This document shows, piece after piece, positions 1-8,845 of a stretch of DNA of 64,000 nucleotides; positions within the stretch are counted from its first letter, which is position 1; every line of letters starts with the position of its first letter. This stretch comes from Fervidicoccaceae archaeon (GTDB lineage Archaea > Thermoproteota > Thermoprotei_A > Sulfolobales > Fervidicoccaceae). The DNA lies in assembly GCA_038734945.1 (NCBI GenBank), contig JAVYOA010000009.1:186001-250000 (forward strand), written 5' to 3'. A model generated the notes under the pieces. It saw only the letters and a program-made list of their open reading frames with translations. It searched no databases and was not told the DNA's origin. The translations under genes and the position numbers were made by a program.

Positions 1-28
1 TGATGAGATCTCCAACTTTTTCCCCCAC
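1..28 (-). CDS. N-terminal fragment of a gene leaving the window (MGEKVGDLI...), possibly a CBS-domain protein
   Basis: GTG at 28-26 with GAGGTG RBS upstream on the minus strand. Only 9 codons are visible; KVGDL resembles CBS-domain starts. Confidence 0.3.
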
Positions 29-93
29 TCACATTACACCTCGTTCTTTATACTGCACGCATGAGATTATTAAGGATAATATCTTTTCAGCAG

Positions 94-1425
94 CTATCCA
101 TATAAATACACGAGAATGGAGTAGATTCCCAGCACGACAGCTGGGGGAATTGAGCACAATATCACAATTTCAACATCTTCTTTTTTCCTGGATGAAACTA
201 ACGCATAAATTATTTTGTTCGCAATAGCTGCTGATATGGAGAGAAGCGATCCTGTGCTGATTATTCTCATGTCAACAGTGTTGCCCAATGATAGAAGGGA
301 GAGGACTGTTGCCAAAGCATTGACAAGACCCCCCATGAATGATGTTATAAATATAGCATAGCTACCGAAAAACATTGCCACCAGCTTCACTACTATGAGT
401 ATAAACACGTATAATGAGACTCCAACCAGGGCAAGCTTCATATTGAGGGGGCTTGTTATTTTCATTTCTCTATCACTACCATTTCCATCTCTCAGTCTGC
501 GTGAAATGAAATACGCTAGTGAGAAAAGAATTGCTAGACTAAGCATAACTCCAATTAGGACAACTGAGGCAAACCGCACATAGTCCTTTGGTCCTAGAAA
601 CGCAAGGGCGCTTACAAGAACTGTTATTCCAACTCTTATTATCATGGCAGCATTATCTACAGCCACAACTGGCACAAGTATTTTTTCTGTCAAATTCATT
701 TTTAGCAAGTTCATCAATGTCGCTTCACTGTTTATTAGACCTCCTAGGAAGGAGACAATGGGAAGAGACTTTGAGCCAATGATTTTGTACGTCATATAGC
801 TCAAATAAGAAATGGCAAGCACTAAAGCAAAGAATATGTACAGACCCTTGAGACTTAGACCCCAAATAACATAGTTAGTACCAAATGCTAGGGGTCCAAG
901 TATGAACACTATAAATCCAAGTTCAAGTCCGGCCGATAAATCCTCATAGCTCAATTTCTCTACCGAAGCTGTTACAGCTTTCTTTATAGCAAGAATGCCG
1001 GCAATTAGGAAAGTCAAGCTCATGGAAATAATATAGAACCCATAGCCTGTTAGAAATCCAACAACGAAAGTCAATATGAAGACAAAGTAGCTCGTCAAGC
1101 CAGTCATTCCGGATACAAACATTCTATAGCGTATGTAGAAAGCGAGAACCAGCCCAATGAATACCAGACTGAGAGCAGAGAGAAAGAGACCTGAGTATTG
1201 AGAGACCTGAATCTTTCCACTGAGTACGAGAGCAATTACTGTTCCAAGCAAGCTCATTAGTCCATATGTCCTCACGCCTGGGATTTCTTCTCCAACTTTT
1301 TCCTTTTCAATATGTTCTAGCCTAACTTTATACCTCTCCAGGCCAAGTAGACCCCCTTCCAGAAATGAAATCAGAAGAGTTATTATCACATCGATATCAG
1401 TCTCGGTGACTTGGAAGGAAATCAA
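94..1425 (-). CDS. MgtC/SapB-family (DUF4010-type) multi-pass membrane protein
   Basis: 443 aa hydrophobic ORF with GGLLGLER, PGVRTYGL, GMTGLTS and GGLINSEA motifs. Confidence 0.8.
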   Translation of the reverse strand: MISFQVTETDIDVIITLLISFLEGGLLGLERYKVRLEHIEKEKVGEEIPGVRTYGLMSLLGTVIALVLSGKIQVSQYSGLFLSALSLVFIGLVLAFYIRYRMFVSGMTGLTSYFVFILTFVVGFLTGYGFYIISMSLTFLIAGILAIKKAVTASVEKLSYEDLSAGLELGFIVFILGPLAFGTNYVIWGLSLKGLYIFFALVLAISYLSYMTYKIIGSKSLPIVSFLGGLINSEATLMNLLKMNLTEKILVPVVAVDNAAMIIRVGITVLVSALAFLGPKDYVRFASVVLIGVMLSLAILFSLAYFISRRLRDGNGSDREMKITSPLNMKLALVGVSLYVFILIVVKLVAMFFGSYAIFITSFMGGLVNALATVLSLLSLGNTVDMRIISTGSLLSISAAIANKIIYALVSSRKKEDVEIVILCSIPPAVVLGIYSILVYLYG

Positions 1426-1432
1426 TTCTTAT

Positions 1433-1495
1433 CCCTCAGCTGGGATTCTTGGACTCATCCGCATATTGCGTCATAGATAGGGCAATCATCATTTT
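1433..1495 (-). ncRNA. C/D-box sRNA candidate
   Basis: Minus strand: C ATGATGA (1492-1486), guide TTGCCCTATCT, D' ATGA, hairpin CGCAATATGCG, C' CGGATGA, guide GTCCAAGAATCCCAG, D CTGA (1439-1436). Intergenic, with a TTATAA element upstream. Confidence 0.65.
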
Positions 1496-1543
1496 AAAGC
1501 TTCTCTACTAACTAAATAGAATTATAAGTTTTACTAAATATAT

Positions 1544-2053
1544 TTAGCTTTCTTTAGAAGAGGCTTCGCTTAGCTTTCTGACTTCTCTCTCGATTTCTGG
1601 AAGCAGTCTAAGAAGAGTGGAAAGGGGGAAAACGAAGAAGCTCTCTGGAATGGAGAGAGTTTGGTGGAACTTATTATTTGTATTTAAATGCATCTTCTTC
1701 TCGATTCTGAATGGAAGAACTCTGATCTTAATCTCTTTCTCAGACCTCTTCGCAACAAAAAAGGAAAAAATATTATCAGTCTCTATAAATGCTCCGGTTT
1801 GCAGTTTTCCAGCCTCCTTCCCCCAGCACTTTATATCTATTAATGAGTAGCCCTCGAGCGTGTTCTGAAGAATTTTGCCTAAAAGCTCCTCTACCCTCTC
1901 GCATTGTACATTGAATCTCACGCTTAGCAGCTTATCATCATGATAAAAATTTAAACCAGCTTCGGATAGCTTCTCTATGATCAGGGAATGAGAGAGAAAG
2001 TCTTTGGAGAAAACCGTTATCTTGTTCCAGCACAAGCACTTCATTTTGTACAC
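1544..2053 (-). CDS. hypothetical protein
   Basis: 169 aa ORF filling the gap, host-like composition; likely start is ATG 2044; no motif recognised. Confidence 0.6.
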   Translation of the reverse strand: MYKMKCLCWNKITVFSKDFLSHSLIIEKLSEAGLNFYHDDKLLSVRFNVQCERVEELLGKILQNTLEGYSLIDIKCWGKEAGKLQTGAFIETDNIFSFFVAKRSEKEIKIRVLPFRIEKKMHLNTNNKFHQTLSIPESFFVFPLSTLLRLLPEIEREVRKLSEASSKES

Positions 2054-2077
2054 CGTTTTCCTAGCTTTGACCTTTTA

Positions 2078-2143
2078 TCACTCAGGCGGGGATAACGCCT
2101 TCATTGCCAGCTGGCTCGAGCCTTCTAAGCTTCATCATCGTGA
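2078..2143 (-). ncRNA. C/D-box guide sRNA (predicted targets 23S G2446 and tRNA-Arg(UCU) U34)
   Basis: C ATGATGA (2138-2132), guide AGCTTAGAAGGC, D' TCGA, palindromic spacer GCCAGCTGGC, C' ATGAAGG, guide CGTTATCCCCGC, D CTGA (2085-2082); terminal stem TCAC/GTGA. Confidence 0.85.
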
Positions 2144-2154
2144 AGCAATTGGCA

Positions 2155-2218
2155 AAGCGCTCAGCAACACAGGCCCACATCATTCTGTCAGCTTCTTTAC
2201 ACTATCATCAACGCGCTT
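2155..2218 (-). ncRNA. C/D-box guide sRNA
   Basis: C TTGATGA (2211-2205), guide TAGTGTAAAGAAG, D' CTGA, C' ATGATGT, guide GGGCCTGTGTTG, D CTGA (2164-2161); 6-bp terminal stem AAGCGC/GCGCTT. Confidence 0.85.
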
Positions 2219-2465
2219 CCAAGATACTATTAAAGTATTTGGGTAAAAATAATTTTCACTGCCTTTGATCCTAGCTTTATTGTTCGATATCCCAGAAGAT
2301 TACGAATTTAGATTTGACGATATTGAAGCAATGAGAAAAGACTTAAAGAATAGCACTCACAATAAAAAAACCATAACCCGAAACGTCCACAATATTTGAA
2401 ATAAAAATCCTTTCAGGCTCGAAAGATCACATATGAGTAATTTAGGCACACTGAGGTAAGCTAAA

Positions 2466-2699
2466 TTGGCTATCAGGCACAAATGCATTGTATGTGGTAA
2501 GGTATTTCATGAGGGTCAGGGGTATGTACTAACGAGAGGTAATATCGTACTGGAATTTCATTCGAGCAAATGCCTTTCCAAATTCTTCTCCAGAGTTTTC
2601 TATGACTCCACCGATATCACATGTATTAATGAAACCATTAAAAAGCTCCTTGAGGAATATCGAGAGCTTGAGGAGAGAAGAGAGAAGAAGCTGGAATAG
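2466..2699 (+). CDS. small TRASH/L24e-like metal-binding protein
   Basis: CIVCGK...GQG...FHSSKC pattern; lacks the basic C-terminal tail of ribosomal L24e; GAGGT RBS. Confidence 0.65.
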   Translation: MAIRHKCIVCGKVFHEGQGYVLTRGNIVLEFHSSKCLSKFFSRVFYDSTDITCINETIKKLLEEYRELEERREKKLE

Positions 2700-2702
2700 C
2701 TG

Positions 2703-3608
2703 GTGGGCCAGGCAATGGATGATCTGAAGAATAGCTTGGAGAAGTTCTGCATAGACGAATACGTTGATAGCAAAATATATGAAGCTCTTGCCAAGCAGGA
2801 GAAGGATTCAAGGAAAAGAGAAGTTCTCCAGAGGATGAGCTTGGAGGAAAGACAGCATTATGAATTCTGGAAAAGCTTGATAGGATCAGAATGCAGGACA
2901 ACAGGAATCAAAAGAAAAATATTAACTATGCTGATGTTGAGAAAGTTATTTGGACTAACATTCACTTCGCTTTTTCTGGAAAGACATGAAGCCGAAGTTG
3001 TGGAGGCATATGAGAGCATAGCACAGAAGCTTCCACAGCAGTTCTCCAAGATGCTTGAAAAAATTATAGAGGAAGAGGAAAAGCACGAGAGGGAAACGAT
3101 ATCAGAAATAGATGAGAGGATCGTGAAATATATGAGCTTCGTTATACTAGGCCTTGCAGATGCTATTGTTGAGATCAATGGAGTGCATGCCGGTTTTCTA
3201 GGTGTTACTGAGTCCACAATAGTTACTGGCATAGCTGGCCTTGTAGTTGGATTATCTGCAGCAATATCTATGGCTTCAGCAGCCTATCTCCAAGCAAAAC
3301 ATGAAGCAGGAAAATCTCCCAAGACCTCCGCATTGATGACAGGAGTGGCTTATATACTTGCTGTCGTTGCTCTTGCTCTTCCCTATTTTATCATAAGGCA
3401 CATGCTCTCTGCTTTTGCCATCTCTGTTAGTCTAGGAATAGCTATGATAGCGGGCTTCACATTCTACGCTTCTGTCCTGCAGGACAAGAAATTTACAAGG
3501 GAATTCCTCGAATCCGTTGTTCTAATGATGGGGACGGCTCTAGCTTCTTATCTGTTTGGAGATTTGCTTGGAACTGTATTTGGAATAAGGGGCCTCTTAG
3601 GACCTTGA
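2703..3608 (+). CDS. rubrerythrin/ferritin-like domain fused to VIT1/CCC1 membrane domain (MbfA-like iron protein)
   Basis: ExxH di-iron motifs (EERQH, EEEKH); C-terminal VILGLADA...AISMA VIT1 motifs. Confidence 0.85.
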   Translation: MGQAMDDLKNSLEKFCIDEYVDSKIYEALAKQEKDSRKREVLQRMSLEERQHYEFWKSLIGSECRTTGIKRKILTMLMLRKLFGLTFTSLFLERHEAEVVEAYESIAQKLPQQFSKMLEKIIEEEEKHERETISEIDERIVKYMSFVILGLADAIVEINGVHAGFLGVTESTIVTGIAGLVVGLSAAISMASAAYLQAKHEAGKSPKTSALMTGVAYILAVVALALPYFIIRHMLSAFAISVSLGIAMIAGFTFYASVLQDKKFTREFLESVVLMMGTALASYLFGDLLGTVFGIRGLLGP

Positions 3609-3627
3609 TCGTTTTTTCATATGGAAA

Positions 3628-4710
3628 TCATCCCTTTGCTTTGCTAATTCTTTCCAATATTGAGTCAACAGCACCTTTCATTGTTCTCGGAAGCTCTGAG
3701 AAACCTGTTTCCAAAAATCCCCTTATTAGCAGTGAAATCGCCTCGTCCTCGCTGAAACCCTTTGTCTCCAAATACTCAAGCTCCTCTCTCTTTATTTTCC
3801 CTATGCTAGCCTCATGAGTTAGTTCAGCATCACTGGATCTCGAGTTAAGCTCTGGAATAGATATTACTTCCGAGCCCTCATCAAGAGTTATTCCTCTACA
3901 TTCAATGTGCCCTTTTACCATTTTTCCTGATGCAAATATCCTAGCCTTTGACCTTATTTTGCTCCTGTTCCTCGCCAAAAGCCTGGATATCATTTGGGAT
4001 GAAGATCCAGATCCGTTCAGAAAAACTTCCGTACTATAAGAAAGTGAGCTTTCCCCACTACCTGCAACAATCTGATCTATTCTCGATGCTGAGTTATTTC
4101 CATCTTGATGAATTGCTGTATTGAAGGAAATTGATTTGGCTTCAGAATAGTTTATGTACAAATCCTGATAGACACCATTATCTTCGATCTCTGCAGCAGT
4201 AAATGCCGAAACGTTTATGCCTGGAAGCCAGTTGTGAAGCATTATTTTGGTGAACTTAGCGTTCCGCATAACATGTATCTCCTCTAAGCTCGAATGAACA
4301 GCTTCATTGACTAAGGTAAAACAACCAGAGACTCCAACAGCACTTGCTCCATCATCTACAACCGTCAAGTTATATACTTTCTGAATCACCCCTCCTCTTC
4401 CAAGAACAAAGCAATTAAATATTGGCTCTTCAACAACAGTTCCCTTAGGCACATATAGAAATATCCCACTGTCAACACGCCTTAAGTCTCCCTGAATTCT
4501 CTTGAAGGCAAATTTTTCAAAGATATCCGGATGCTCCTTTTCTGCCTCATGTATTTCCATATAAATGACTCCCAGCTGCTCCAATCTCTTAGCAATTTTC
4601 TTGTAAGCGAAGGATTCGTTTAAAACAACCCCCCCTCCCTTTTCTAGGTCAAGTCCAAGCTCCTTTGCTCTGGAAATAGCATCTCTAAGCTTATTTTCTT
4701 CCCTGTTCAT
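3628..4710 (-). CDS. sufB: SufB/SufD-family Fe-S assembly protein (SmsB-like)
   Basis: C-terminal GHIECRG, IPEL, LTHEASIGKI, EAISLLIRGFL motifs. Confidence 0.85.
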   Translation of the reverse strand: MNREENKLRDAISRAKELGLDLEKGGGVVLNESFAYKKIAKRLEQLGVIYMEIHEAEKEHPDIFEKFAFKRIQGDLRRVDSGIFLYVPKGTVVEEPIFNCFVLGRGGVIQKVYNLTVVDDGASAVGVSGCFTLVNEAVHSSLEEIHVMRNAKFTKIMLHNWLPGINVSAFTAAEIEDNGVYQDLYINYSEAKSISFNTAIHQDGNNSASRIDQIVAGSGESSLSYSTEVFLNGSGSSSQMISRLLARNRSKIRSKARIFASGKMVKGHIECRGITLDEGSEVISIPELNSRSSDAELTHEASIGKIKREELEYLETKGFSEDEAISLLIRGFLETGFSELPRTMKGAVDSILERISKAKG

Positions 4711-4713
4711 TTC

Positions 4714-5442
4714 CTAACCCTCCCCCTCCACACTGAAGTTGCTGTAGCCTTCAGAAATCACGGTTCTGAGCATTTTCTTAGCATCACCGCCGGGAGAAAT
4801 CTTCCCTCCTATCATGATATATCCTCTCCCCAATTTCCTGAGAAATCTGCTCAACAATCCAGCATGTGTGACCAAGAGGACTGCTACCCCCCTTATAGCA
4901 AGATCATCTATTAACCTCGCAATTCTCTTAACAGAATCAATGTCAACTCCACTGTCGGGCTCATCTAGGAGTGCTACTTTCGGCTTTGAAAGGAGAATCG
5001 TAGCCATTTCAACTCTCTTCATCTCCCCTCCACTGAATCCAGAGAAAGCAGGTCGCTCCAAAAGATGTGGAATCATTGTTTCGGACACTATGCTTTGTAT
5101 TTCACTCTGCGTTCCATAAATATTTGAAATTTTTTCGAATAGCCAGCTAGTTTTCAGTGAGATAGGAGGAGGAGACTGGTTGGCTATTGCTATACCATTG
5201 CGAGCTCTCTCCCAGGGCGGGAGATCTGTTATGTCCTTTGAGTAAAGGAGAATTCTCCCCTCTTTAATTCTATAATTGGGCAATCCCATAATTGTCTTTA
5301 GGAGAGAGGTCTTTCCACTCCCATTCGGTCCCATGAGGACAACTATCTCGCCTGGATTCACATCTAGGCTAGCATTTCTTATTACTAGTTTCCCATTCAC
5401 CTCAACGCTGAGATTTTCAACTGCGAGGGCCCTTTGCTGCAA
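4714..5442 (-). CDS. sufC: SufC-family ABC ATPase (SmsC-like)
   Basis: Walker A GPNGSGKT, FSGGEMKR, LLDEPDSGVD; start placed at TTG 5442 after GGTGA (track ORF begins 5478). Confidence 0.85.
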   Translation of the reverse strand: MQQRALAVENLSVEVNGKLVIRNASLDVNPGEIVVLMGPNGSGKTSLLKTIMGLPNYRIKEGRILLYSKDITDLPPWERARNGIAIANQSPPPISLKTSWLFEKISNIYGTQSEIQSIVSETMIPHLLERPAFSGFSGGEMKRVEMATILLSKPKVALLDEPDSGVDIDSVKRIARLIDDLAIRGVAVLLVTHAGLLSRFLRKLGRGYIMIGGKISPGGDAKKMLRTVISEGYSNFSVEGEG

Positions 5443-5633
5443 AACCTTCACCCGGCCATCGAATAAGACTATTTCCACCTGAAGAGAATATAAGCTTCTT
5501 TCATCGTCATTCCAAAAATTTTCTGAAAAACAGCAAGTTTGCCAAATGGCTGCAGCTGTTTAAGTAAGCAAACTATAGTTTTAAATATAAACATTTAAAA
5601 ATGATATTTTATGGCAATAAAGGTGGGTATCCC

Positions 5634-7964
5634 TTGGCTTCTATTGACTTGGAAAGGCTAATGAACAAATGGCTTCAGGCATCAGAATTCTATGTGGTTG
5701 GGAAAAGGGTGGAAAGAACAGATAGTCTAGAGAAGGCTATGGGTATAACAAAATTTACCGAGGATTTCTATATGAAAGACATGCTATTTGTGAAGCAGAT
5801 CCTCAGCAAGCATCCTCATGCCAGGATAGTTTCCATAGATGATTCTGAAGCTAGAAGAGTAAATGGATTTTTGCGAATCGTCAGGGCCTCAGATATACCT
5901 GGAGAAAATCAGGTAGGTTATTCGCTCCCTGATCAACCACTTCTTGCTCACAAAAAGGTCAGATATGTTGGTGAACCAGTAGCCTTGGTGATAGCTAGAG
6001 ATTTCGAATCTGCTATAGAGGCTTCCAGGCTTGTAAGCGTAAGCTATGAACCCATTCCCTATATCATTAATGCAGAGGAGGCAATCAGAGAGAAAAACAT
6101 CCTAGTTCACGAGGAGAACGGCTCCAACATAGCATTCAGGACAAAGGTGAGGAAGGGAGACGTTGAAAAGGGATTTTCCGAATCTCATGTGGTTGTTGAA
6201 AACACATATAGAACAGCTCATCAAGAGCATGCCTATTTGGAAACTGAGGCCGCTATAGCAATTCCAGGCCTCGAAGGAAAGCTCACAATAATTTCTCCTT
6301 CTCAGTATCCTCATCTTACACAAAAAATTGTTTCCAAGGTACTTGGTCTGCCGGCGAGTTCTATAAGAGTTATCGTTCCATATTTAGGAGGGGGATTTGG
6401 TGGAAAAGACGATCAGGGCCCGCTCACATCCGCGAAGGCAGCTCTTGTTTCATATCTTACAGGAAAGCCATCCTTTATAATATATTCAAGAGAAGAGAGC
6501 ATTGCAGTTCATCCAAAAAGAGAAGCCACAACAATAAGGTACAAGAGCGGAGCAGATGCTGAAGGAAAGTTGAAGGCAATAGAAGTGGAAATAATTCATG
6601 ATACAGGGGCATATGCAAACAGAGGACCATTCATACTTTGGAGAGCCACCATGCATGCCTCAGGGCCATATGAGGTGCCCAATGCGAAGGTAGACGGTTA
6701 TTGCGTCTATACTAACAAAATCTATCAGGGATCATTCAGAGGCTTTGGAAACCCCTCGGTCCAGTTCGCAGCGGAAAGCCAAATGGACATTCTTGCTGAG
6801 AAGCTGGGAATTGATCCCCTTGACATTAGACTTAAGAATATTCTGACTCCTGGAGCAAGAACGATCACTGGGCAGGAGCTGGATTCTTCTGTAGGAATTA
6901 AGGATGCCCTAGAGGCTGTTGCAAAAAGAGCAGAATGGAGAGAAAAACGAATTGCATATTCAAGAGAGAGAGGCACACTCAGGAGGGGAATTGGAATAGG
7001 AGTGGCTTGGCATGGAATAAGTACATCTAGAGGTGTTCCCGACTGGTCTGCAGGAACTGTTAAAATAGAACCAGACGGTTCCGTTTCGGTTCTCGTAGGA
7101 ATTGTTGAAATAGGACAGGGATCTCCTTCGTCTTCACACAGACAGATAGTCGCTGAGGTGCTGGGAGCACCTCTCAACATGGTTCACGTCTACTTTGGAA
7201 CTTCAGATGCTCCCGACGGAGGTGCAACCCATGCCTCTAGAGGTACAGGCATAGGTGCTATCGGCATCTATGTTGCATCTATAGAACTTAGAGAGAGACT
7301 AAATGCTCTTGCAGCAAAGCTGTTGGAAACTGAACCAGAGGATATTTCAATTAGCGACGGGATAGTATCATCGAAATCTGATCCCTCTAAGAGGATTAGT
7401 TGGACCGAGCTTATTAAGAAAGCATATTCTAGCGGTATCAACATGACAGCTTCAGGGTATTTCTTTTTACCGAAAGGAAAGTTTTACGACGATATTGGTC
7501 AGGGATTTGCCTATATTTCCTATAGCTACATGGCATTAATAACTGAGGTCCAGGTAGATACGGAGACCGGAGAAGTGAAAGTTCTCAAAGTTTATCCAGC
7601 AATTTCTGCTGGGAAGGTGATAAATCCAGTGCAGGTAGAGGGTCAGATCGAGGGAGGGTTTGTCCAGGGCATGGGAATGGCCCTCATGGAATCTCTCTCT
7701 TTCAATGAAAGAGGAGAGATAGTGAACAAAGACCTAACTGATTATGTGATTCCATCGTCACTCGATGCTCCAGAAATAGAAGAGCCAATTTTCATAGAGG
7801 ACAGATTCAAGTATGGTCCTCTAGGAGCAAAAGGAGTCGGTGAGATGGCTCTAATACCTGCTCCCGCCTCTATAGCAAATGCCGTATCGCATGCTATTGG
7901 AAAAAGAGTAGTGGAACTACCTATTACAGCAGAAAAAGTTCTAAAATTAATAGAGGGGAGGTGA
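5634..7964 (+). CDS. xanthine dehydrogenase family molybdopterin-binding subunit (enzyme 1)
   Basis: QEHAYLE, GGGFGGK, FRGFG, EIGQG, EGQIEGG, AKGVGE motifs; TTG start after AGGTGG (track ORF starts 5601). Confidence 0.92.
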   Translation: MASIDLERLMNKWLQASEFYVVGKRVERTDSLEKAMGITKFTEDFYMKDMLFVKQILSKHPHARIVSIDDSEARRVNGFLRIVRASDIPGENQVGYSLPDQPLLAHKKVRYVGEPVALVIARDFESAIEASRLVSVSYEPIPYIINAEEAIREKNILVHEENGSNIAFRTKVRKGDVEKGFSESHVVVENTYRTAHQEHAYLETEAAIAIPGLEGKLTIISPSQYPHLTQKIVSKVLGLPASSIRVIVPYLGGGFGGKDDQGPLTSAKAALVSYLTGKPSFIIYSREESIAVHPKREATTIRYKSGADAEGKLKAIEVEIIHDTGAYANRGPFILWRATMHASGPYEVPNAKVDGYCVYTNKIYQGSFRGFGNPSVQFAAESQMDILAEKLGIDPLDIRLKNILTPGARTITGQELDSSVGIKDALEAVAKRAEWREKRIAYSRERGTLRRGIGIGVAWHGISTSRGVPDWSAGTVKIEPDGSVSVLVGIVEIGQGSPSSSHRQIVAEVLGAPLNMVHVYFGTSDAPDGGATHASRGTGIGAIGIYVASIELRERLNALAAKLLETEPEDISISDGIVSSKSDPSKRISWTELIKKAYSSGINMTASGYFFLPKGKFYDDIGQGFAYISYSYMALITEVQVDTETGEVKVLKVYPAISAGKVINPVQVEGQIEGGFVQGMGMALMESLSFNERGEIVNKDLTDYVIPSSLDAPEIEEPIFIEDRFKYGPLGAKGVGEMALIPAPASIANAVSHAIGKRVVELPITAEKVLKLIEGR

Positions 7965-8845
7965 GTAATTTGTTCTATTCACTGCCAAGCTTCGAATATA
8001 CTAGAGCAGATAGCTTAAGCGTGGCATTAGATTTACTGAAGGAAGGGAATTGGAAGCTGCTGGCAGGAGGAACAGATCTGCTAATCGATATAAAGACTGG
8101 GAGGCAAGCTCCAAAAAAACTATTGGATATATCCAGGATCAATGAGATAAGATATGTTAGGCCAAACGAAAATATAATTAGAATAGGGGGAGGCTCAAGG
8201 CTTCAGGAATTGCTCGAAAATATTGTAATCAGAGAGAGGTTGCCATTGCTGGCATCAGCTATACGAGAGATGGCGTCTTGGCAAATAAGAAACGTTGCGA
8301 CGATTGCTGGGAATCTCTGCAATGCATCTCCAGCAGCAGACTCAGCCCCTCCCCTTCTTGTCCACGAAGCAAAAGTCCGGTTGGCCTCAACAGCAGGTTC
8401 CAGAATTGTCCCTCTTAAGGACTTCTTCATAGGTCCTAGGAAAACGGTAATGAGAGATGACGAGATGCTAACAGAGATAGAAGTCCCGTCTCTTGAGGGA
8501 TATTCTTACTGGTACTATAAGCTGGGAAGGAGAAATGCTTTTACCCTCTCTGTAGTCTCTGTTGCTGTTGCCTTGAAAATAGAGGATGGGAAATTCTCAG
8601 ATGTTAGGATAGCCCTCGGATCTGTGGCACCCAAACCTGTAAGAGCCCTCAGCGTCGAGGAGGAACTGGTTGAAAGAAATGCGGATGTCTCATTAGCCTA
8701 CCGGGCAGCCGAGCTCGTCGAAAGGGACATATCGCCTATCAGCGATGTAAGGGCTTCCGCTGATTATAGAATGAAGGTTTCCAAGGTACTTATAAAAAGA
8801 GCTCTTATAGAATCGATAAAACGCTCAAGAGGTGAGCTGCTCTGA
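7961..8845 (+). CDS. xanthine dehydrogenase family FAD-binding subunit (enzyme 1)
   Basis: LAGGTDL, QIRNVATIAGNLCNASPAAD, PISDVRAS; GTGA overlap with the upstream gene. Confidence 0.92.
   Translation: MSNLFYSLPSFEYTRADSLSVALDLLKEGNWKLLAGGTDLLIDIKTGRQAPKKLLDISRINEIRYVRPNENIIRIGGGSRLQELLENIVIRERLPLLASAIREMASWQIRNVATIAGNLCNASPAADSAPPLLVHEAKVRLASTAGSRIVPLKDFFIGPRKTVMRDDEMLTEIEVPSLEGYSYWYYKLGRRNAFTLSVVSVAVALKIEDGKFSDVRIALGSVAPKPVRALSVEEELVERNADVSLAYRAAELVERDISPISDVRASADYRMKVSKVLIKRALIESIKRSRGELL
8303..8377 (+). repeat. 75-bp exact direct repeat, copy 1 (inside FAD subunit 1)
   Basis: attgctgggaatctctgc...cacgaagcaaaagtc is identical to 13461-13535. Confidence 0.92.

Noticed and set aside
2004..2246. 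80-aa plus-strand ORF
   Set aside because: It is the antisense shadow of two C/D sRNAs and shows no protein-like features.
2265..2455. Short ORF (LFDIPEDYEF...) and a partial C/D-like pattern (TCGA...ATGAGTA...CTGA) upstream of the TRASH gene
   Set aside because: The ORF is about 44 codons with no RBS; there is no convincing C box or terminal stem, and CTGA is explained by the GAGGT RBS.
5450..5512. ATGACGA box-like motif upstream of sufC on the minus strand
   Set aside because: No D' or D box at suitable spacing.
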